DNA from: Eledone cirrhosa
Taxonomy: Eukaryota
Assembly (NCBI GenBank): GCA_964016885.1
Contig: OZ024742.1
Coordinates: 15,066,001 to 15,130,000, forward strand
Direction of reading: 5' to 3'
DNA: 64,000 bases
Below, piece by piece: positions 1 to 12,154 of the stretch. Numbering within the stretch: the stretch's first letter is position 1; each line of letters starts with the position of its first letter. The translations under genes were made by a program, and so were the position numbers. The notes under the pieces were generated by a model. It did not search any database, was not told where the DNA came from, and saw nothing but the letters and a program-made list of their open reading frames with translations.

Positions 1-1178
1 TCATATCTAAATTACCATATATATATATATTGGTGAGGTGGCACCACTTAGCTCAAACTAATCATATCTAAATTACCATATATATTGGTGAGGTGGCACC
101 ACTTAGCTCAAACTAATCATATCTAAATTACCATATATATATATTGGTGAGGTGGTACCACTTAGCTCAAATTAATCACATCTAAATTACCATATATATT
201 GGTGAGGTGGTACCACTTAGCTCAAACTAATCACATCTAAATTACCATATATATTGGTGAGGTGGCACCACTTAACTCAAACTAATCATATCTAAATTAC
301 CATATATATTGGTGAGGTGGCACCACTTAGCTCAAACTAATCATATCTAAATTACCATATATATATATATTGGTGAGGTAGCACCACTTAACTCAAACTA
401 ATCATATCTAAATTACCATATATATATATTGGTGAGGTGGTACCACTTAGCTCAAACTAATCACATCTAAATTACCATATATATTGGTGAGGTGGCACCA
501 CTTAGCTCAAACTAATCATATCTAAATTACCATATATATTGGTGAGGTGGCACTACTTAGCTCAAACTAATCACATCTAAATTACCATATATATATATAT
601 TGGTGAGGTGGTACCACTTAGCTCAAACTAATCACATCTAAATTACCATATATATATATTGGTGAGGTGGTACCACTTAGCTCAAACTAATCATATCTAA
701 ATTACCATATATATTGGTGAGGTGGCACCACTTAGCTCAAACTAATCACATCTAAATTACCATATATATATATTGGTGAGGTGGTACCACTTAGCTCAAA
801 CTAATCATATCTAAATTACCATATATATATATTGGTGAGGTTGCACCACTTAGCTCAAACTAATCATATCTAAATTACCATATACATATATTGGTGAGGT
901 GGCACCACTTAGCTCAAACTAATTATATCTAAATTACCATATATATTGGTGAGGTGGCACCACTTAGCTCAAACTAATCATATCTAAATTACCATATATA
1001 TATATTGGTGAGGTGGCACCACTAAGCTGAAACTAATCATATCTAAATTACCATATATATATATTGGTGAGGTGGCACCACTTAGCTCAAACTAATCATA
1101 TCTAAATTACCATATATATATATTGGTGAGGTGGCACCACTTAGCTCAAACTAATCATATCTAAATTACCATATATAT

Positions 1179-1244
1179 GGCCATCCAAACCCATGCAAGC
1201 GTGGAACACGGACGTCAAACGATGATGATGATGATGATGATGAT
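1179..1244 (+). mobile_element. 5'-truncated non-LTR retroposon (LINE/SINE)-like 3' tail fragment, (GAT)8 type
   Basis: GGCCATCCAAACCCATGCAAGCGTGGAACACGGACGTCAAAC+(GAT)8 sits between (AT)4 and TGGTGAGG. It contains hairpin CCATGC-AA-GCGTGG (1191-1204) and a trinucleotide tail. The insert is directly visible; its retroposon identity is inferred. Confidence 0.7.
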
Positions 1245-4093
1245 TGGTGAGGTGGCACCACTTAGCTCAAACTAATCATATCTAAATTACCATATATATA
1301 TATATATTGGTGAGGTGGCACCACTAAGCTGAAACTAATCATATCTAAATTACCATATATATATATTGGTGAGGTGGCACCACTTAGTTCAAACTAATCA
1401 TATCTAAATTACCATATATATATATTGGTGAGGTGGCACCACTTAGCTCAAACTAATCATATCTAAATTACCATATATATATATTGGTGAGGTGGCACCA
1501 CTTAACTCAAACTAAACATATCTAAATTACTATATATATATATTGGTGAGGTGGCACCACTTAGCTCAAACTAACCACATCTAAATTACCATATATATTG
1601 GTGAGGTGGCACCACTTAGCTCAATCTCATCATATCTAAATTACCATATATATTGGTGAGGTGGCACCACTTAACTCAAACTAATCATATCTAAATTACC
1701 ATATATATATATTGGTGAGGTGGCACCACTTAGCTCAAACTAATCATATCTAAATTACCATATATATATATTGGTGAGGTGGCACCACTTAGCTCAAACT
1801 AATCATATCTAAATTACCATATATATATATTGGTGAGGTGGCACCACTTAGCTCAAACTAATCATATCTAAATTACCATATATATTGGTGAGGTGGCACC
1901 ACTTAGCTCAAACTAATCATATCTAAATTACCATATATATTGGTGAGGTGGCACCACTTAGCTGAAACTAATCATATCTAAATTACCATATATATATATT
2001 GGTGAGGTGGCACCACTTAGCTCAAACTAATCATATCTAAATTACCATATATATTGGTGATGTGGTACCACTTAGCTCAAACTAATCATATCTAAATTAC
2101 CATATATATATATATTGGTGAGGTGGCACCACTTAGCTCGAACTAATCATATCTAAATTACCATATATATATATATATATTGGTGAGGTGGCACCACTAA
2201 GCTGAAACTAATCATATCTAAATTACCATATATATATATTGGTGAGGTGGCACCACTTAGCTCAAACTAATCACATCTAAATTACCATATATATATATTG
2301 GTGAGGTGGTACCACTTAGCTCAAACTAATCACATCTAAATTACCATATATATATATTGGTGAGGTGGCACCACTTAGCTCAAACTAATCATATCTAAAT
2401 TACCATATACATATATTGGTGAGGTGGCACCACTTAGCTCAAACTAATCATATCTAAATTACCATATATATTGGTTAGGTGGCACCACTTAGCTCAAACT
2501 AATCATATCTAAATTACCATATATATATATTGGTGAGGTGGCACCACTTAGCTCAAACTAATCATATCTAAATTACCATATATATTGGTGATGTGGTACC
2601 ACTTAGCTCAAACTAATCATATCTAAATTACCATATATATATATATTGGTGAGGTGGCACCACTTAGCTCAAACTAATCATATCTAAATTACCATATATA
2701 TTGGTGAGGTGGCACCACTTAGCTCAAACTAATCATATCTAAATTACCATATATATATATATTGGTGAGGTGGCACTACTTAGCTCAAACTAATCATATC
2801 TAAATTACCATATATATTGGTGAGGTGGCACCACTTAGCTCAAACTAATCATATCTAAATTACCATATATATATATTGGTGAGGTGGTACCACTTAGCTC
2901 AAACTAATCACATCTAAATTACCATATATATTGGTGAGGTGGCACCACTTAGCTCAAACTAATCATATCTAAATTACCATATATATTGGTGATGTGGTAC
3001 CACTTAGCTCAAACTAATCATATCTAAATTACCATATATATATATATTGGTGAGGTGGCACCACTTAGCTCAAACTAATCATATCTAAATTACCATATAT
3101 ATTGGTGAGGTGGCACCACTTAGCTCAAACTAATCATATCTAAATTACCATATATATATATATTGGTGAGGTGGCACCACTTAGCTCAAACTAATCATAT
3201 CTAAATTACCATATATATTGGTGAGGTGGCACCACTTAGCTCAAACTAATCATATCTAAATTACCATATATATATATTGGTGAGGTGGCACCACTTAGCT
3301 CAAACTAATCATATCTAAATTACCATATATATATATATTGGTGAGGTGGCACCACTTAGCTCAAACTAATCATATCTAAATTACCATATATATTGGTGAG
3401 GTGGCACCACTTAGCTCAAACTAATCACATCTAAATTACCATATATATTGGTGAGGTGGCACCACTTAGCTCAAACTAATCATATCTAAATTACCATATA
3501 TATATATATTGGTGAGGTGGCACCACTTAGCTCAAACTAATCATATCTAAATTAACATATATACATATATTGGTGAGGTGGTACCACTTAGCTCAAACTA
3601 ATCATATCTAAATTACCATATATATATATTGGTGAGGTGGTACCACTTAGCTCAAACTAATCACATCTAAATTACCATATATATTGGTGAGGTGGCACCA
3701 CTTAGCTCAAACTAATCATATCTAAATTACCATATATATATATTGGTGAGGTGGTACCACTTAGCTCAAACTAATCACATCTAAATTACCATATATATTG
3801 GTGAGGTGGCACCACTTAGCTCAAACTAATCATATCTAAATTACCATATATATATATATTGGTGAGGTGGCACCACTTAGCTCAAACTAATCATATCTAA
3901 ATTAACATATATACATATATTGGTGAGGTGGCACCACTTAGCTCAAACTAATCATATCTAAATTACCATATATATATATTGGCGAGGTGGCACCACTTAG
4001 CTCAAACTAATCACATCTAAATTACCATATATATATATTGGTGAGTTGGTACCACTTAGCTCAAACTAATCACATCTAAATTACCATATATAT

Positions 4094-4156
4094 GGCCATC
4101 CAAACCCATGCAAGCGTGGAACACGGACGTCAAACGATGATGATGATGATGATGAT
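4094..4156 (+). mobile_element. Retroposon-like tail fragment, (GAT)7 followed by TGGCG
   Basis: Same 42-bp unique part, followed by (GAT)7. Confidence 0.7.
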
Positions 4157-7100
4157 TGGCGAGGTGGCACCACTTAGCTCAAACTAATCATATCTAAATT
4201 ACCATATATATATATATATTGGTGAGGTGGCACCACTAAGCTGAAACTAATCATATCTAAATTACCATATATATATATTGGTGAGGTGGCACCACTTAGT
4301 TCAAACTAATCATATCTAAATTACCATATATATATATTGGTGAGGTGGCACCACTTAGCTCAAACTAATCATATCTAAATTACCATATATATATATTGGT
4401 GAGGTGGCACCACTTAACTCAAACTAAACATATCTAAATTACTATATATATATATTGGTGAGGTGGCACCACTTAGCTCAAACTAATCATATCTAAATTA
4501 CCATATATATTGGTGAGGTGGCACCACTTAGCTCAAACTAATCATATCTAAATTACCATATATATATATATTGGTGAGGTGGCACCACTTAGCTCAAACT
4601 AATCATATCTAAATTACCATATATATATATATTGGTGAGGTGGCACCACTAAGCTGAAACTAATCATATCTAAATTACCATATATATATATTGGTGAGGT
4701 GGCACCACTTAGTTCAAACTAATCATATCTAAATTACCATATATATATATTGGTGAGGTGGCACCACTTAGCTCAAACTAATCATATCTAAATTACCATA
4801 TATATATATTGGTGAGGTGGCACCACTTAGCTCAAACTAATCATATCTAAATTACCATATACATATATTGGTGAGGTGGCACCACTTAGCTCAAACTAAT
4901 CATATCTAAATTACCATATATATATATTGGTGAGGTGGCACCACTTAGCTCAAACTAATCATATCTAAATTACCATATATATATATTGGTGAGGTGGCAC
5001 CACTTAGCTCAAACTAATCACATCTAAATTACCATATATATTGGTGAGGTGGCACCACTTAGCTCAAACTAATCATATCTAAATTACCATATATATTGGT
5101 GAGGTGGCACCACTTAGCTCAAACTAATCACATCTAAATTACCATATATATTGGTGAGGTGGCACCACTTAGCTCAATCTCATCATATCTAAATTACCAT
5201 ATATATTGGTGAGGTGGCACCACTTAACTCAAACTAATCATATCTAAATTACCATATATATATATTTGTGAGGTGGCACCACTTAGCTCAAACTAATCAT
5301 ATCTAAATTACCATATATATATATTGGTCAGGTGGCACCACTTAGCTCAAACTAATCATATCTAAATTACCATATATATATATTGGTGAGGTGGCACCAC
5401 TTAGCTCGAACTAATCATATCTAAATTACCATATATATATATTGTGAGGTGGCACCACTTAGCTCAAACTAATCATATCTAAATTACCATATATATTGGT
5501 GAGGTGGCACCACTTAGCTCAAACTAATCATATCTAAATTACCATATATATTGGTGAGGTGGCACCACTTAGCTCAAACTAATCATATCTAAATTACCAT
5601 ATATATATATATTGGTGAGGTGGCACCACTTAGCTCAAACTAATCATATCTAAATTACCATATATATTGGTGAGGTGGCACCACTTAGCTCAAACTAATC
5701 ATATCTAAATTACCATATATATATATTGGTGAGGTGGTACCACTTAGCTCAAATTAATCACATCTAAATTACCATATATATTGGTGAGGTGGTACCACTT
5801 AGCTCAAACTAATCACATCTAAATTACCATATATATTGGTGAGGTGGCACCACTTAACTCAAACTAATCATATCTAAATTACCATATATATTGGTGAGGT
5901 GGCACCACTTAGCTCAAACTAATCATATCTAAATTACCATATATATATATATTGGTGAGGTAGCACCACTTAACTCAAACTAATCATATCTAAATTACCA
6001 TATATATATATTGGTGAGGTGGTACCACTTAGCTCAAACTAATCACATCTAAATTACCATATATATTGGTGAGGTGGCACCACTTAGCTCAAACTAATCA
6101 TATCTAAATTACCATATATATTGGTGAGGTGGCACCACTTAGCTCAAACTAATCATATCTAAATTACCATATATATATATATTGGTGAGGTGGCAGCACT
6201 TAGCTCAAACTAATCATATCTAAATTACCATATATATATATATTGGTGAGGTGGCACCACTTAGCTCAAACTAATCATATCTAAATTACCATATATATTG
6301 GTGAGGTGGCACCACTTAGCTCAAACTAATCATATCTAAATTACCATATATATTGGTGAGGTGGCACCACTTAGTTCAAACTAATCATATCTAAATTACC
6401 ATATATATATATTGGTGAGGTGGTACCACTTAGCTCAAACTAATCACATCTAAATTACCATATATATTGGTGAGGTGGCACCACTTAACTCAAACTAATC
6501 ATATCTAAATTACCATATATATTGGTGAGGTGGCACCACTTAGCTCAAACTAATCATATCTAAATTACCATATATATATATATTGGTGAGGTGGCACCAC
6601 TTAGCTCAAACTAATCACATCTAAATTACCATATATATATATTGGTGAGGTGGTACCACTTAGCTCAAACTAATCACATCTAAATTACCAGATATATATA
6701 TTGGTGAGGTGGCACCACTTAGCTCAAACTAATCATATCTAAATTACCATATATATATATTGGTGAGGTGGCACCACTTAGCTCAAACTAATCATATCTA
6801 AATTACCATATATATTGGTGAGGTGGCACCACTTAGCTCAAACTAATCACATCTAAATTACCATATATATATATTGGTGAGGTGGTACCACTTAGCTCAA
6901 ACTAATCATATCTAAATTACCATATATATTGGTGAGGTGGCACCACTTAGCTCAAACTAATCACATCTAAATTACCATATATATATATTGGTGAGGTGGT
7001 ACCACTTAGCTCAAACTAATCATATCTAAATTACCATATATATTGGTGAGGTGGCACCACTTAGCTCAAACTAATCACATCTAAATTACCATATATATAT

Positions 7101-9176
7101 ATTGGTGAGGTGGTACCACTTAGCTCAAACTAATCATATCTAAATTACCATATATATATATTGGTGAGGTGGCACCACTTAGCTCAAACTAATCATATCT
7201 AAATTACCATATACATATATTGGTGAGGTGGCACCACTTAGCTCAAACTAATCATATCTAAATATACATATATATTGGTGAGGTGGCACCACTTAGCTCA
7301 AACTAATCATATCTAAATTACCATATATATTGGTGAGGTGGCACCACTTAGCTCAAACTAATCATATCTAAATTACCATATATATATATATTGGTGAGGT
7401 GGCACCACTTAGCTCAAACTAATCATATCTAAATTACCATATATATATATATTGGTGAGGTGGCACCACTAAGCTGAAACTAATCATATCTAAATTACCA
7501 TATATATATATTGGTGAGGTGGCACCACTTAGTTCAAACTAATCATATCTAAATTACCATATATATATATTGGTGAGGTGGCACCACTTAGCTCAAACTA
7601 ATCATATCTAAATTACCATATATATATATTGGTGAGGTGGCACCACTTAGCTCAAACTAATCACATCTAAATTACCATATATATTGGTGAGGTGGCACCA
7701 CTTAGCTCAAACTAATCATATCTAAATTACCATATATATTGGTGAGGTGGCACCACTTAGCTCAAACTAATCACATCTAAATTACCATATATATTGGTGA
7801 GGTGGCACCACTTAGCTCAATCTCATCATATCTAAATTACCATATATATTGGTGAGGTGGCACCACTTAACTCAAACTAATCATATCTAAATTACCATAT
7901 ATATATATTTGTGAGGTGGCACCACTTAGCTCAAACTAATCATATCTAAATTACCATATATATATATTGGTGAGGTGGCACCACTTAGCTCAAACTAATC
8001 ATATCTAAATTACCATATATATATATATTGGTGAGGTGGCACCACTTAGCTCAAACTAATCATATCTAAATTACCATATATATTGGTGAGGTGGCACCAC
8101 TTAGCTCAAACTAATCATATCTAAATTACCATATATATATATTGGTGAGGTGGTACCACTTAGCTCAAATTAATCACATCTAAATTACCATATATATTGG
8201 TGAGGTGGTACCACTTAGCTCAAACTAATCACATCTAAATTACCATATATATTGGTGAGGTGGCACCACTTAACTCAAACTAATCATATCTAAATTACCA
8301 TATATATTGGTGAGGTGGCACCACTTAGCTCAAACTAATCATATCTAAATTACCATATATATATATATTGGTGAGGTAGCACCACTTAACTCAAACTAAT
8401 CATATCTAAATTACCATATATATATATTGGTGAGGTGGTACCACTTAGCTCAAACTAATCACATCTAAATTACCATATATATTGGTGAGGTGGCACCACT
8501 TAGCTCAAACTAATCATATCTAAATTACCATATATATTGGTGAGGTGGCACTACTTAGCTCAAACTAATCACATCTAAATTACCATATATATATATATTG
8601 GTGAGGTGGTACCACTTAGCTCAAACTAATCACATCTAAATTACCATATATATATATTGGTGAGGTGGTACCACTTAGCTCAAACTAATCATATCTAAAT
8701 TACCATATATATTGGTGAGGTGGCACCACTTAGCTCAAACTAATCACATCTAAATTACCATATATATATATTGGTGAGGTGGTACCACTTAGCTCAAACT
8801 AATCATATCTAAATTACCATATATATATATTGGTGAGGTTGCACCACTTAGCTCAAACTAATCATATCTAAATTACCATATACATATATTGGTGAGGTGG
8901 CACCACTTAGCTCAAACTAATTATATCTAAATTACCATATATATTGGTGAGGTGGCACCACTTAGCTCAAACTAATCATATCTAAATTACCATATATATA
9001 TATTGGTGAGGTGGCACCACTAAGCTGAAACTAATCATATCTAAATTACCATATATATATATTGGTGAGGTGGCACCACTTAGCTCAAACTAATCATATC
9101 TAAATTACCATATATATATATTGGTGAGGTGGCACCACTTAGCTCAAACTAATCATATCTAAATTACCATATATAT

Positions 9177-9242
9177 GGCCATCCAAACCCATGCAAGCGT
9201 GGAACACGGACGTCAAACGATGATGATGATGATGATGATGAT
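9177..9242 (+). mobile_element. Retroposon-like tail fragment, (GAT)8
   Basis: Same 42-bp unique part, followed by (GAT)8. Confidence 0.7.
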
Positions 9243-12091
9243 TGGTGAGGTGGCACCACTTAGCTCAAACTAATCATATCTAAATTACCATATATATATA
9301 TATATTGGTGAGGTGGCACCACTAAGCTGAAACTAATCATATCTAAATTACCATATATATATATTGGTGAGGTGGCACCACTTAGTTCAAACTAATCATA
9401 TCTAAATTACCATATATATATATTGGTGAGGTGGCACCACTTAGCTCAAACTAATCATATCTAAATTACCATATATATATATTGGTGAGGTGGCACCACT
9501 TAACTCAAACTAAACATATCTAAATTACTATATATATATATTGGTGAGGTGGCACCACTTAGCTCAAACTAACCACATCTAAATTACCATATATATTGGT
9601 GAGGTGGCACCACTTAGCTCAATCTCATCATATCTAAATTACCATATATATTGGTGAGGTGGCACCACTTAACTCAAACTAATCATATCTAAATTACCAT
9701 ATATATATATTGGTGAGGTGGCACCACTTAGCTCAAACTAATCATATCTAAATTACCATATATATATATTGGTGAGGTGGCACCACTTAGCTCAAACTAA
9801 TCATATCTAAATTACCATATATATATATTGGTGAGGTGGCACCACTTAGCTCAAACTAATCATATCTAAATTACCATATATATTGGTGAGGTGGCACCAC
9901 TTAGCTCAAACTAATCATATCTAAATTACCATATATATTGGTGAGGTGGCACCACTTAGCTGAAACTAATCATATCTAAATTACCATATATATATATTGG
10001 TGAGGTGGCACCACTTAGCTCAAACTAATCATATCTAAATTACCATATATATTGGTGATGTGGTACCACTTAGCTCAAACTAATCATATCTAAATTACCA
10101 TATATATATATATTGGTGAGGTGGCACCACTTAGCTCGAACTAATCATATCTAAATTACCATATATATATATATATATTGGTGAGGTGGCACCACTAAGC
10201 TGAAACTAATCATATCTAAATTACCATATATATATATTGGTGAGGTGGCACCACTTAGCTCAAACTAATCACATCTAAATTACCATATATATATATTGGT
10301 GAGGTGGTACCACTTAGCTCAAACTAATCACATCTAAATTACCATATATATATATTGGTGAGGTGGCACCACTTAGCTCAAACTAATCATATCTAAATTA
10401 CCATATACATATATTGGTGAGGTGGCACCACTTAGCTCAAACTAATCATATCTAAATTACCATATATATTGGTTAGGTGGCACCACTTAGCTCAAACTAA
10501 TCATATCTAAATTACCATATATATATATTGGTGAGGTGGCACCACTTAGCTCAAACTAATCATATCTAAATTACCATATATATTGGTGATGTGGTACCAC
10601 TTAGCTCAAACTAATCATATCTAAATTACCATATATATATATATTGGTGAGGTGGCACCACTTAGCTCAAACTAATCATATCTAAATTACCATATATATT
10701 GGTGAGGTGGCACCACTTAGCTCAAACTAATCATATCTAAATTACCATATATATATATATTGGTGAGGTGGCACTACTTAGCTCAAACTAATCATATCTA
10801 AATTACCATATATATTGGTGAGGTGGCACCACTTAGCTCAAACTAATCATATCTAAATTACCATATATATATATTGGTGAGGTGGTACCACTTAGCTCAA
10901 ACTAATCACATCTAAATTACCATATATATTGGTGAGGTGGCACCACTTAGCTCAAACTAATCATATCTAAATTACCATATATATTGGTGATGTGGTACCA
11001 CTTAGCTCAAACTAATCATATCTAAATTACCATATATATATATATTGGTGAGGTGGCACCACTTAGCTCAAACTAATCATATCTAAATTACCATATATAT
11101 TGGTGAGGTGGCACCACTTAGCTCAAACTAATCATATCTAAATTACCATATATATATATATTGGTGAGGTGGCACCACTTAGCTCAAACTAATCATATCT
11201 AAATTACCATATATATTGGTGAGGTGGCACCACTTAGCTCAAACTAATCATATCTAAATTACCATATATATATATTGGTGAGGTGGCACCACTTAGCTCA
11301 AACTAATCATATCTAAATTACCATATATATATATATTGGTGAGGTGGCACCACTTAGCTCAAACTAATCATATCTAAATTACCATATATATTGGTGAGGT
11401 GGCACCACTTAGCTCAAACTAATCACATCTAAATTACCATATATATTGGTGAGGTGGCACCACTTAGCTCAAACTAATCATATCTAAATTACCATATATA
11501 TATATATTGGTGAGGTGGCACCACTTAGCTCAAACTAATCATATCTAAATTAACATATATACATATATTGGTGAGGTGGTACCACTTAGCTCAAACTAAT
11601 CATATCTAAATTACCATATATATATATTGGTGAGGTGGTACCACTTAGCTCAAACTAATCACATCTAAATTACCATATATATTGGTGAGGTGGCACCACT
11701 TAGCTCAAACTAATCATATCTAAATTACCATATATATATATTGGTGAGGTGGTACCACTTAGCTCAAACTAATCACATCTAAATTACCATATATATTGGT
11801 GAGGTGGCACCACTTAGCTCAAACTAATCATATCTAAATTACCATATATATATATATTGGTGAGGTGGCACCACTTAGCTCAAACTAATCATATCTAAAT
11901 TAACATATATACATATATTGGTGAGGTGGCACCACTTAGCTCAAACTAATCATATCTAAATTACCATATATATATATTGGCGAGGTGGCACCACTTAGCT
12001 CAAACTAATCACATCTAAATTACCATATATATATATTGGTGAGTTGGTACCACTTAGCTCAAACTAATCACATCTAAATTACCATATATAT

Positions 12092-12154
12092 GGCCATCCA
12101 AACCCATGCAAGCGTGGAACACGGACGTCAAACGATGATGATGATGATGATGAT
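12092..12154 (+). mobile_element. Retroposon-like tail fragment, (GAT)7 followed by TGGCG
   Basis: Same 42-bp unique part, followed by (GAT)7. Confidence 0.7.

Larger units (their letters stand above)
1..5582. repeat. Higher-order repeat unit of 5582 bp (about 95 monomers, two retroposon-tail inserts), copy 1
   Basis: The variant and (AT)n order seen from position 1 restarts at 5583, 7999 and 13581. Rare marker AATTATATCT lies at 921, 8919 and 14501. Rare marker GGTCAGG has its C at 5329 and 13327. Confidence 0.85.

Noticed and set aside
31-41. G-quadruplex potential in TGGTGAGGTGG
   Set aside because: Only three GG runs per monomer, and the next run is more than 40 bp away.
31-45. GAGGTG as a Shine-Dalgarno site, (AT)n as TATA boxes, hairpins as terminators
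   Set aside because: There are no genes to serve and no U-tract after the hairpins. These motifs are incidental to the repeat.
1193-1260. Short ATG-started ORF or poly-Asp/Met tract in the insert
   Set aside because: Only a few dozen codons at most, running into satellite stops. (GAT)n is better explained as a retroposon tail.
2471-2480. TTAGG telomere-like motif
   Set aside because: It arises from a single G>T variant in scattered monomers and is never tandem.
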